Positions 1 to 10,970 of a stretch of 42,434 nucleotides of DNA are shown here, piece after piece. This stretch comes from Macrostomum lignano. Its lineage: Eukaryota. The position numbers were made by a program, and so were the translations under genes. Under the pieces are notes generated by a model. That model worked only from the letters and a program-made list of their open reading frames with translations, had not been told where the DNA came from and searched no databases. The stretch is taken from positions 1 to 42,434 of the forward strand of contig NIVC01001191.1 in assembly GCA_002269645.1 (NCBI GenBank). Reading direction: 5' to 3'. The first letter of the stretch is position 1; each line of letters begins with the position of its first letter.

Positions 1-144
1 TCGTAATCCCCTTATCGATTGCTCCAATTGATACATTTATCCATTGTCTACATTTCATAAAAATCTTGATTTACCTTATAATTTACTGACGTCTACTGAT
101 GCATGAGTAGTAAGCTTGAAAAATATCAATATTTTTGCTTTCAG

Positions 145-792
145 ACAGTTTCTATAGCTCGAAGTCTGTGAGCTCTAAAAGCAGTAGAATATGGCTCACT
201 TTATGCACACCTCGTCAACTGATGAGTTCTCTTTGCGAGAGAGAGACCCAGCAACAGCAAGCATGCCAGGGCTGCAGCCAGCAGCACCAACAACAACAAC
301 AACCAGCAGCCAGCAGCAGAGGAAAATTTCCTACTGCCAGCCTCCGCCATCTGGCCGGCTGACTGCCCGGATTCTCCAGCACCGTTCGGCAACTGTGGAC
401 GCGGCCGCGGCGGCAGCGCTGCTGGAACTTCCGCCATCAGCCGGAGCACCGCAGCGGTTCTCCTGCGCAGTCGCCTATCCGACAGTGGTCGCAGCCGACA
501 TCACACAATGACAGCGAAACAACGCCAGGAGCAGCCGGCGAATTCGATAGACGCGAGCTCCGAGGCGAAGGGCAACAGCAGTGGCGGCGGCGGCGGCGGC
601 GGTCGGCCCAGCTTGGGCAGTCTGCTGTTCCCGGAAGAAAAGCCTAGCGGCCGCGGCGGCTGTCTCAGCAGCGGCAGCGGCGGCAGCGGCGGCAGCCACA
701 TCCGCATCGTCCGGCAACGCGCGGCTATGAGGCTGGAGTCTCGGATGCTGGCAGTCTGGCGGCCGCTGAGGAGCCGGGCTACTCGGGCAGGC
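145..792 (+). other. GC-rich, low-complexity exon-like segment of an unidentified gene (reading frame unresolved)
   Basis: Acceptor-like tttttgctttcAG at 143-144 and donor-like GTGAGT at 793. Overlapping + ORFs 135-362, 191-511 and 508-936 carry poly-Q/T/A/G runs. No single frame spans the segment and no domain is recognised. Confidence 0.3.
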
Positions 793-858
793 GTGAGTAG
801 ACTCAGCAGCCTTTCGGGGGAGAGTCTGGGAGCCGACACGTGGAGAATAAATACTCTT

Positions 859-1166
859 GCTATGACCCTGGAGAGTAAGTACCGTAGCTATGACCCTGGG
901 AGAGTAAGTACCGTAGCTATGACCCTGGGAGAGTAAGTACCGTAGCTATGACCCTGGGAGAGAGTAAGTACTGTAGCTATGACCCTGGGAGAGTAAGTAC
1001 CGTAGCTATGACCCTGGGAGAGTAAGTACCGTAGCTATGACCCTGGGAGAGTAAGTACTGTAGCTATGACCCTGGGAGAGTAAGTACCGTAGCTATGACC
1101 CTGGAGAGTAAGTACCGTAGCTATGACCCTGGAGAGTAAGTACCGTAGCTATGACCCTGGAAAGTA
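859..1166 (+). repeat. Tandem minisatellite, 28-30 bp unit (gctatgaccctgg(g)agagtaagtaccgta), about 10 copies
   Basis: Directly visible; copies differ mainly in G-run length. Confidence 0.95.
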
Positions 1167-1917
1167 AAAGGGAGCAAAAATCGAAAAAGGTTACCATTGG
1201 AGGCTACCTTCGATTCGTACTTTAAAACGATTCAGTAGCTTCTTTAATGTCAAGGTTCATTTTATAGCTAAATAATTTTTTTAATAATGTATCTATTGAG
1301 TTAAAAAAACATTTTTTTGTTATGACTTAGGAAGTGAAAAATGTTAAAACTTACACTTACACATTTTCAAAAGTAAATTCGTCAATTTAGTGTGCTCTTG
1401 TCAAACAGAATTGTCATTTGTAGAAATCGAATTTATTTCCTAAAAAACTCAGCTTAGACAGTGGTCAAGTTTACCGCCATTACTTTATTGTTTTATGGGT
1501 CGGAAAAAGATCCTATTGGAACAAAATGCAAAGTGTTGCGTCATCCTATTTTAGCTGTCCTTGGGATAAGCTCAACCGGTGGCGGTAAAAATCCAGGCCG
1601 AATCGCGATTTTCTAGATTTTTTTTCTACTAGAACAACTGTTTCTTATGAAGAAATGAATAAAATGAAAATTTTTCGCGATTTCCCCAAAGAACCTGTGG
1701 CAAGTGGCAGGCTGGGGGGGGCTCAGAAATTTCCTGCTTTTTTCTTCTACGCAGCAGGTTTGCCTGCTTCGCCGCAGCCGTGGAGTTCTGGACTGACCAA
1801 TCTGGATTGGAAATCCAATGGAAAGCATTATGGGAGCAGCGGCAAGGACACGCTCATACGAAGTACACGCTCTCACAGGGTTTATAAGAGAAAATAAGAC
1901 ATCATATGGCCGTTAAA

Positions 1918-1978
1918 GACGATTCTAGGCGATTCTAGACGATTCTAGACGATTCTAGACGATTCTAAAGACGATTCA
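1918..1978 (+). repeat. 10-bp tandem repeat (gacgattcta), about 6 copies
   Basis: Directly visible. Confidence 0.85.
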
Positions 1979-2967
1979 GTCCTTCTAGGTCCTGACTTTC
2001 TCATTGTCAGACATGTAGAAAGCCTCTGGCATATTACATGCATTAGAAAGAAGAACAAGAAATCCGCGACCTTTGGGGTCTCAGTGAATGAAGATCTCAC
2101 AGATGAATGTTGGTGACTGTAAATTTAATTTTTTTTCATATTTAGCTAAACGCACGGGCTTGTCGATCAGCCTGGTCATGTGGCAGAACACATTGCCTAG
2201 TGCGTACTCGATCTAGTACTCCAGTCACGGCCTGTGGCAAGACTGCTTAGTCCCGGCTCTCTCCAGTAGCAGTTCTACCCTATAGTGTTCATGCCCACTC
2301 GGCCTGTGGCTATCAGACTTACCTTGGAGCTATAAATTAGCTTTGGATTCGTTATCCCACGCCATTTATCTTTATCTTCCCCTAAATCTTGCGCCAATAC
2401 CGATTTACCAAGCATAATCAATTTCTAAGTGCCTTCCGGAAGTGCTGCACTTCTGGCGCAGAACGGCCCAAACGGAAGAGCAAATGGGCTCTTTCTCATT
2501 GCTTGCTTTTGAATGCATGTGATTTTTAGGATTTTCGCTAGCAGACCCGGCCTTTTTAGCGCTGAGGGAATCGTCTTTAACGGCCATTTGATGTCTTATT
2601 TTCTCTTGTTATTCCACTTCGGGTCCAGCCTCGCGGCCCCGTGTGGAAAGCCAATCAGACAGATATAAAAACAAGTTTCCAGTGTAAAAAGTTTATAGTA
2701 TTCTGCAAGAAGCGCACTGCTTCAACCAAGATCCTCCATCGCGGATGGACAGCTCAGAATGGGGCTTGAAATCCAACCAAAAATCTTTCTGACCAATCAA
2801 AATTTTCCGGGCCAGTATATCAGTTTCCTTGCACCAAGATTTCCCATGCGTAAGAAAGTTGAATTTCTATTTCCTAGAATCCCATTCAAGGAGTGAGCTG
2901 CATTGAAAATCATCAGAAACTTGACAGAGGTTGTGAGGCTGAGATTTGAGCAGCTTTGAGCGTGGGC

Positions 2968-3088
2968 ATGCACTGCCAACGCGTCGGACGGGTCGACGAC
3001 TTCTCAAACAGGGAGCAGCACCACTCTGGTGCCTCCGCGTCCGCCGCGGCCTCCGATGCTCATAGAGTTGGTTTGGGTAACTCCACAG
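2968..3088 (+). CDS. Kv channel putative exon 1 (MHCQRVGR...GLGNST)
   Basis: ATG at 2968 after an in-frame TGA at 2947; donor G|GTAATG at 3089 is phase 1 and matches the acceptor at 3516. Confidence 0.5.
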
Positions 3089-6000
3089 GTAATGATTGGT
3101 AACTCATGGCCTCCGATGCCGTCCAGATTATTTCTGAACTTAACAAATGCTCTCAAATGTCACCATCTGCATGCACCGTTTTGCTTTACTTTGGAAGACA
3201 TGATACAAGGCTACTCGTATTTCAAAATATTCCAAATATATATTTGTAAAACAAAATTTTACATGATATGAATTTCCATAATTTTTCTGTAACTCTGTAC
3301 GTTTTTGAAAGAAACATTTACAAAATGTGAAATTTCACTAAAAGGTACACAAATTAATACTTAATTCCTCTTAGAGAACAATTTTTTTTCACATTTTTGC
3401 ATTTCCTGATTACCAAGAATAGTTTTGAGTAGGCGAAATTTTGAGTACTTGAAGTTTTTTAGGATTTGAGAAAAACGATTCCATTTAATCCCAAAATCGA
3501 CGTCCCGTCTCTTCAGTCGGCCGCCGAGGTCGCAAGGGCAGCCGCGCGTCCTCGACAGTGAGCGACCCGCAGCGCCTGCAGCTGCTGGAGCTGGCCAAGA
3601 CAGACTTCGAGAATCTGCACTTCATCGACGAGGCCTCGATGGAGTGCGGCGAGTCGCTGGACTTGGACAGCATCGACGTGCTCGGATTGGTCCGCATGAA
3701 CGTCAGCGGCACCCGGTTCGAGGTGCTGCGCTCGACTCTGCTGAAGCAGCGGCACATCTACGATAAGCTTCTGCACGACGGCATCTACAGGGCAGCTCAG
3801 CAGGAGTACTACTTCGACAGGGACCCGGCCATCTTCAAGATCGTGCTGTGGTACTGCCGCTACGGTGAGCGATGAGATGTTGACAGCTTCACAGTCTCGG
3901 GCTGTAAACTTATCCGAATAGCGTGGCAGATAAATAAGTTAAGCTTCTTCAAGTCATTGCGACAGTTGTACCTATGAGACAAGTAGTTATTCATATTTTG
4001 CTGACCTTGGGGGAAGCATACATGTATACGAGCGTACGAAGAGAGTACAGAGGTCCTGACCTTTGCATCTACTGGCATGTACACACCTCTGTGAGGTCTG
4101 GCCCGAGCCCTTGCATCGTGAATGGCAAGTTCGAGGGTAATATCGATCTGCTACTAAACCCAGGGGCAGGTGATACAGGTATACAGCACTTCAGGCATTA
4201 TACAGTTGTCTAGACCAGTTGTTGGCCAGTTTTATCAGGTCAGGCGCTAACTATAAAAACCCAAAAAACCTATAAAAACCGATAAAAAAATAAAATCCAA
4301 ACCTTCAAGGTGAACTGCACGTACCGCATCACTATTGCGGCCCGCTGCTGGAGCGCGAGCTGGCCCTGTGGGGTGTCCAATCCGTGATCGAGATCCAGAA
4401 CTGCTGCGTGAGCCACCTCATGGATACTAAAAGTCGTCTGGTCAGCTTGAAGAAGTTTGAAAATTTCTTCAAAGAAGAGATGGAAAGCGAGCCGCTGCTG
4501 CTGCCTGAGGGGTGGAGTTTGACGATCCGCTGGACCTTGACCCGGCCAAGGCGCATGGTTCGTAAATAATGGAGTGATCCTTGGGACTTCCAGATGCTTG
4601 ATATTCCTTGTTTAGTCTCTAAGTCTCTAGTATGGGACTCCCATATCTTGCTGAACTGATTCTAGGAAGGGATCTTCTGTTGGATCGAATTGAAAACTAA
4701 AAGAGGCGGATAACCTTGGCCAGAGAATCGGGTGCATGAGTGCGAGCCAGAGGAGGGTAGAGAGGAGAGAGAAGAGAGAGGAGAGGAGAGAGGGGAATAG
4801 ATGGGAGAGAAGGAAGAGAAGACGAGAGAAGAGGTAAGAGAGAAGATTGGAGAGAAGAGACACAAACCTTGAGCGGGGCCGGATTGCTATTGTGAAGTTT
4901 CAAAGGACCCGAAGGCCAGATAGAGAGGCTTCGCGTGCCGCATGTGGCCCCCGGGCTGGGGTTTGCCGACACCTGAAGTAAAGTGACAATCTAACTCAAG
5001 CAAAATCGAATCGAGAATTTCAGTCTATCTTCCTTCCGAAGCAAGCGATAAAACAGCTTCCTATATAGGAAAATCCCACTAGATCTGTCGTAGTATTTCT
5101 GGACGAAAATAGCTTACGAGCTCGCATAATCCTTGTTTTCCAACGACACCAAATCTTGTCTCAAAAGCGCTTCACCAGTTTTGAAATCTTCTTTAATTCC
5201 AACTCGCCGCAGGATGGCGCCGGCGCGTGAAAGACGCCCTGGCCGCTCTGCGCCGTCGCTGCTGGAAGATTCTGGACCATCCGTCGTCCAGCTTCCCGGC
5301 GGCCGTGTACGCCGTCATCCTGAGCGTCACGGTGCTTTACACGGTGTTCAGCTTCGTGGCCAGCACCTCGGATCGATTTCAGCGGCCGATGTCGCCAGGC
5401 GAGATTGCATTCTACTCGGCCAAGCATCCGGCCTGGTACGGAAACCACACGAACGCCAACCCGCAGATCAAGGTGGACTGGCTCACCTTCCCAGACTGGA
5501 TTGCTTTCGGCGTGCTCACGTTCGACTTTTTCGTCCGCCTGCTCTTCTGCAAGAACAAGCTGGCCTACTTTAAAAACAATTACACTATCATCGACATGCT
5601 GTCTATTTTGCCATTCTACGTGAACGAGCTGCTGAAGTTCTTCTTTGGCATTATCGAGTTCTCGGACAGTAACGATTTCGGCCTGGCTGAGTACATCTCC
5701 TTCCTGAAGATCGCGCTGTTCATGCGGCTGCTTCGAATCGGCCGGCACTACAGAGGCCTGCAGGTGCTCATTTATACTCTGCGCACCTCATTCCGAGACC
5801 TCATGCTCATGGGAGTATTTGTTGCCCTGGGCACCCTGCTGTTCAGCACGTTGATCTTCTTCTGCGAGAAATCCCGCAACGAGCCGACCAGCGGAGGCGG
5901 CGGTGGCAAGGGAGGTGCCGTTGACTGTTCAAAGTGCCCGGGCGGTGGCGGCGGGGCAACGGAGGTGGCAGACAGGGCACCGACTCGCGTTTCACCTCCA

Positions 6001-9000
6001 TGTTCGACGGCTTCTGGTGGTCGCTGGTTACCATGACAACAGTAGGCTACGGAGACCTGGTACCGCAGACCAACGCTGGTAAGTTGTTACGAAAATGCTG
6101 CTATGCTGGGAGTCAGACAAAGCCAGACGGTTGGGGTCTCTGGGCATGTTCCTGACCGATTGGTTGGGTTCTCTGGGCATGTTCCTGACCGATTGGTGGG
6201 GGTGTCTGGGCATGTTCCGGACCGATTGGTTGGGGTGTCTGGGCATGTTCCTGACCGATTGGTTGGGTTCTCTGGGCATGTTCCTGACCGATTGGTTGGG
6301 TTCTCTGGGCATGTTCCGGACCGATTGGTTGGGGTGTCTGAGCATGTTCCTGACCGATTGGTTGGGTTCTCTGGGCATGTTCCTGACCGATTGGTTGGGG
6401 TGCCTGGGCCTTTTCCTGACCTATCGGTTTGGGACCCCTGGTCGGCAGCTTTCTCAATATCCAGCCCACTCCGCCCAAACGGCAGCATTTGACTGAAGTT
6501 TTCTTGAAGCTTTGATTTTCAGTCCCGATCATCGCCATCAGAGATTGGAGCATTGGAGAATGGAGAGCACCTGGAGCCAGAATAAATTGATTAATTTCCA
6601 AATGGCCGGCTTCACTCCCCCTCTTCGCATGGTATTCTTTTCCTTCTATCAAAATTTTACAATCACTTCTACTGCAGTTGCTTTTGTTTCCTATATTTCC
6701 ACGCGTGCAGCCCTGAAAGCACTGGCCCCTGCCCTACCATTGGGTTTCAAGATGCAGATTCAGATGCAGTAACTTCAAGGGTTTGCTGCATTTTATGCCG
6801 GTTTTACTCTTTAAAAAAGAAGAATGTTTAGCCCAGCAACAGACAGGCTTTAAGGACGCTGCGCACTCAGCTTGCCATCGACATCAAAGTCAGAAGCAGT
6901 CTGTCAGTCAGTCAGTCAGTCAGAGTTGCCCAGTTTTTAATTCTGATTAAAGGGGCAAAATCTGGAGAAAATTACAACCGAAATTTAACGCACATTCGCT
7001 CACCCATTCCCCAGTTCCCCAGTTGCGCCCACTTGGATGCTTACAAGTAATACGGGCAATTCTGCTTGTATTTGGTGCAGAAATCCAATGCACTTTTAAT
7101 TTTATAGCGTAAAAAAGTCTAGTAGGAGATAAAAATAGATTCGAATGCAGTTCAAGGCCTGCAGTTCATCCCTGACTGCATGGCACCACGGTCGGTCCGT
7201 CACGCTTGGCCGAATGGTTTACGTTTCAAAATTTCGTGTCCGATTTGACAGACGACCAATTTGCCGCTCGAATACTACATCGATCAACTGCGGACCATGG
7301 TAGCGACCCCCTTCAGCTCCCACTTGAAGCCAGAGTCTATAGTTAGGTTATGAAATTCGTCAACTGTTTCCACTCCAGGCACTAAAGTTTTCAGAGTCCT
7401 CCACGACCGCAATGGAAGGCTGTTTTCCACTCCAGTTACTTAGTCCTTCGGATTCCATGACTGATGCAATGAAAAACGCTTAGCTACTTGTTGGCTGAAT
7501 CAACAAGTCCGCTTATGGAACCAAGACTATCGTCGTCCTTTGTTCATCCAGCAGTTCAAATTCACGACTGCTACGAGTATCTACAGCTGATAGAAATTCG
7601 TTCATTTAGAACATTTTGGCGTCTAGCGCACGCCAGCTACATACACTGGCTCTTAGGAATTAATGAATTAAGATAGGGGATTGCATAAATAATCTACTGT
7701 AGCCATTGGCCCGGCAAAAATAACCCAATATTCCTGAGGGATGGGGTGTAGTCCAGGAAGCAGTACCAACGATGAGCATCAGTTGCCTGACACTATTGAT
7801 TGACTGGTATTGTAGTGGCTTAATCCAGGGAATAAAACAGAATTAATCCGAATCGGGAAGCGGACGGAGGAACCACGAGCTATATTGGGATGGGCAGAAA
7901 GGGAGATTCACTGGTCGCGGCAGGGAAAATTACGAAGCTAAAACATCTTTAAAAGCAGTAGCTATTGCGAAGATTATTGCTCTAATCCACCATTTTTTCG
8001 CTGCTTTGAAGGGGCAGACAAAAGGACAGTCTTCGAGTTTGTACTACACAGGATATAAAATCGAGTGGCGGAAAAATTCATTCTATGATTTCGTCAGTTT
8101 CGGGAGCTGCGCATTTCTTAAAGTTCTACTAGAAGTAGCAACCTTTGATCGTGTTAAGAATACTTTACTGAATATTGGGTACTGGAATTGGTGTACTGAA
8201 TATTGTACAGGATCTTATGTACTGAATATATTACAAGATCTTGTGTACTGAATATTGCACAGGATCTCGTGAACTAAGTATTGTACAGGATCTTATGTAC
8301 TGAAATATATTACAGGATCTTGTGTACTGAATATTGCACAGGATCTAGTGAACTAAGTATTGTACAGGATCTTATGTACTGAAATATATTACAGGATCTT
8401 GTGTACTGAATATTGCACAGGATCTCGTGAACTAAGTATTGTACAGGATCTTATGTACTGAAATATATTACAGGATCTTGTGTACTGAATATTGTACAGG
8501 ATCTTTTGTACTGAATATTGTACAGGATCTTGTGTACTGAATATTGTACAGGATCTTGTGTACTGAATATTGTACAGGATCTTGTGTACTGAATATTGTA
8601 CAAGATCTTGTGTACTGAATATTGTACAGGTTCGTATACGATTTGTGCACCAACACGCGTACTTCTTCTTGCACAAAATGCTGTACAGAAACAAACAGGC
8701 TTTTTAACCAGTTAAATCTAACAGTCCACAGAGTACAAAATCATTGAACTCCACAATAAAGCTGCTCCCTCTGCACTCCTAAACGCAGGTCGCATCGTCG
8801 GATCCGCCTGCGCCCTGAGCGGCCTCCTGCTGATCGCCTTCACCGTGCCCATCCTGGTGAACCACTTCATGCTCTACTATTCGCACTCTCAAATTGTGCA
8901 CGTGTCCAAGAGCTCCGTGCAGGAGTACGCCACCAAGGCGCTGCTGGCTAAGGTGAACAGTTTTGCTGGCGGCAAAGTCAAGCAGATGCGCAAACTGGTG

Positions 9001-9198
9001 GTGGAGAGCGCCAGCCACGCCCAGCACTCGCAGAAGCTGGGCCGGGCCTACTGGAAGAAGCGGCTGCGGCTGCGGACCAAGGAGCAACGGCCCGGCTCCC
9101 GGCGCTGCTCCCGCCACTCGGAGCCGCTGTTGGAGCAGCCGCTGGTGCCCGGCGGGTGCAACGCCGGCGGCGGTAGCCCGCCGGCCACCGATCTTTGA
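2968..9198 (+). CDS. Shaw: Shaw/Kv3-like voltage-gated potassium channel alpha subunit, 5 exons, about 664 aa; frameshifted as assembled
   Basis: Exons 2968-3088, 3517-3864, 4310-4557 (or 4561), 5213-6078 and 8789-9198, all GT-AG with compatible phase-1 junctions. T1 domain ([42 protein letters not shown] with the Shaw-type CGP motif, IQNCC), S1-S6, pore [14 protein letters not shown] and S6 [19 protein letters not shown] (Shaw-like YYSH). Subfamily assigned from remembered motifs, not from a search. Confidence 0.88.
3517..3864 (+). CDS. Kv channel exon 2, first half of T1/BTB domain
   Basis: gtctcttcAG acceptor; [17 protein letters not shown]...[21 protein letters not shown]; donor G|GTGAGC. 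Confidence 0.9.
4310..4557 (+). CDS. Kv channel exon 3, second half of T1 plus T1-S1 linker
   Basis: [32 protein letters not shown]. The 3' end is ambiguous: donor 4558 with one G missing at 4509-4512, or donor 4562 without a frameshift. Confidence 0.85.
4749..4861 (+). repeat. Degenerate GA-rich microsatellite in Kv intron 3
   Basis: Purine-only gagagga/gagaa tract. Confidence 0.8.
5213..6078 (+). CDS. Kv channel exon 4: S1-S5, turret, pore helix and TVGYGD filter; internal frameshift near 5953
   Basis: [44 protein letters not shown] in frame 5227; [25 protein letters not shown] in frame 5934; donor G|GTAAGT at 6079. Confidence 0.92.
6128..6425 (+). repeat. 33-bp minisatellite (tctgggcatgttcctgaccgattggttgggttc), about 9 copies, Kv intron 4
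   Basis: Directly visible. The unit is a multiple of 3, which explains ORFs 6028-6652. Confidence 0.95.
8191..8630 (+). repeat. 26-bp minisatellite (gtgtactgaatattgtacaggatctt), about 17 copies, with a 79-bp trimeric higher-order block
   Basis: Directly visible; variants atgtactgaaatatattac, gtgtactgaatattgcac and gtgaactaagtattgtac cycle three times. Confidence 0.95.
8789..9198 (+). CDS. Kv channel exon 5: S6 and cytoplasmic C-terminus
   Basis: ctaaacgcAG acceptor; [33 protein letters not shown]; stop TGA at 9196-9198. Confidence 0.92.
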
Positions 9199-9526
9199 AC
9201 TTGGAGAAACGATGAACTTGAACTGGCGCCAAAGCAGAGTTTCCGTAGTAAATCGTGATGTCTAATTTGAAGGTTCTAAGTGATCTTTTATTACGCCGAA
9301 GCTCTGCTAAACAATTTGAAACAATGGTAGGACTATCTACTATAGCCGAATGTAATGTAATGTCCGAAATACGAGGGCAGGTTTCCAGCCATTGCTCAAC
9401 AAAGCTACACACTAAACATTAAGCAAGTGCATTTTATATGCACTTTTCCCAGTACAGATGCCATTGTCCGGATACATACTTTCACCCAGACGCAATAGCT
9501 AGCTATTAACTTTGGCCATTATTGCA

Positions 9527-9714
9527 CAGTTGCTCCCCAATGTACATTTACCCCATGTACAAATTTCATCACGTGACTGCTTTTCCGCGGCATTATTTCT
9601 CACTAAGTTCACGCAAAAGCATGGATAAGGCGGCACGGATAGATAATAAACGTGGAAAAACCAGTCACGTAATGAAAAGTGTATATGGGGTGAATGTACA
9701 TTAAGGAGCAACTG
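9527..9714. mobile_element. MITE-like foldback element, 188 bp, about 60-bp imperfect TIRs
   Basis: 9527-9586 (cagttgctccccaatgtacatttaccccatgtac...acgtgactgcttttcc) is the reverse complement, with mismatches, of 9654-9714. No clear TSD. Confidence 0.75.
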
Positions 9715-10970
9715 TTAAATAATCGCCAAAGCTAATTGCCATTGTGTCTGGATGAAGTGTACTCGATGTAAAGTTAGACACGTCGCTCTGAGTTGAATAC
9801 AGATTGCTCACCAAGGTTTCGGGAATACATTCCGACTGGTGACTGCAAAATAGAAATGGTTCTCCGAACGCTAATTGCTGTTAAACATTTAAGTTGAAAT
9901 TTTAATATTTTTATTTTCTTATGATAAGCCCTAGACTAAAATACGTTTAAATAAATGGAGTTTGACTGCGTGTCATTTGCCGCATCGTTGGTTTTTGTCA
10001 TCAAACGCATTCTGAAAAGTCAGCCAGCCTAATTGTGAAGTTCCTAACTGTTCTTAACTTTCTAGTTTATTCTCAGCGCAACAAACTCTTACAATCTTTT
10101 TGGGTCAATTTTTGTTTTTAATTGACTTTTGCAGCTGCTTAGCACCCTCGCTGTCTGTCTGTCTGCTTGTTCTGCTTGTATTTTTCTGTCCATCAATTGC
10201 AGTGTCATAATAAACTACTCTTATCATTGTGAAATTCTCGCATCCCTTGATAAATTTTATTTTTTGTTTAGTTCTGCAAAAGGCTAGATATTGATGTAAA
10301 TCGTCTAAAATTACTCGAGAAATTCACTGCTCTCATACCTTTATGATCTGTTAAAGCATTGAGTCATTTGAAATTAAGTAGTGTAATTTTAGAATCCCAA
10401 CAAAATGCTCAAATTAATCCCATCTGCTACATCAGAGTTGTCATCTAAATGCATTATTTGTCCATTTTTTGAAGAGCAGTTCAATGCCCAGCTCCTGCGT
10501 CTGACATTCATCCATTTGCACTTTTGAGTCTGAATCAACCCGACCTTCCCCATACACCTTTATTTTGTTTTCGTTGTCCTAATTGACTGTTTAAAGGCGA
10601 TAAAAGTGGCATTCGGTTTTTTCACGTCACATCAAGTCTCAGTTTTAAAATACACAGTTTTGTGGATTGTGAGAAAAATAGACAAATAATTAACAACTGA
10701 GAGCCTCCCATGCCGCTTTGCGCTCTTTCTGCCTTGCTTCCTCATGACTTTGCAACTGGGATAGCCCCCCCCCCCCCAGTGATCTTCACTGGCTGCCCGC
10801 GTCTCTAGTGTACGAGTACACTGACCCCACACCCACCACCCAACACTCCGCTGCTGCAGAGGTACGCAGAGTCCATTAAATTTCAGACCTATACCTTGCT
10901 TCTCTTCATCATTATAATCATCATACTTCCCAGCATCGTCAGTCTCCAACAGCTGACAATAAGCAGTCAG

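Noticed and set aside
1470-1592. Inverted tttaccgcca / tggcggtaaa pair
   Set aside because: About 10-11 bp only, does not extend, no TSD.
2405-2587. 60-aa - strand ORF ending at a donor-like GTAAAT
   Set aside because: No homology and no compatible downstream exon identified.
6028-6652. Five overlapping ORFs with 11-aa periodicity
   Set aside because: They arise from the 33-bp intronic minisatellite that follows a canonical GTAAGT donor.
6921-7064. Possible small MITE with CAGAGTTGCCC / GGGCAATTCTG ends
   Set aside because: Only an 11-bp imperfect inverted repeat and no TSD; cannot be distinguished from chance.
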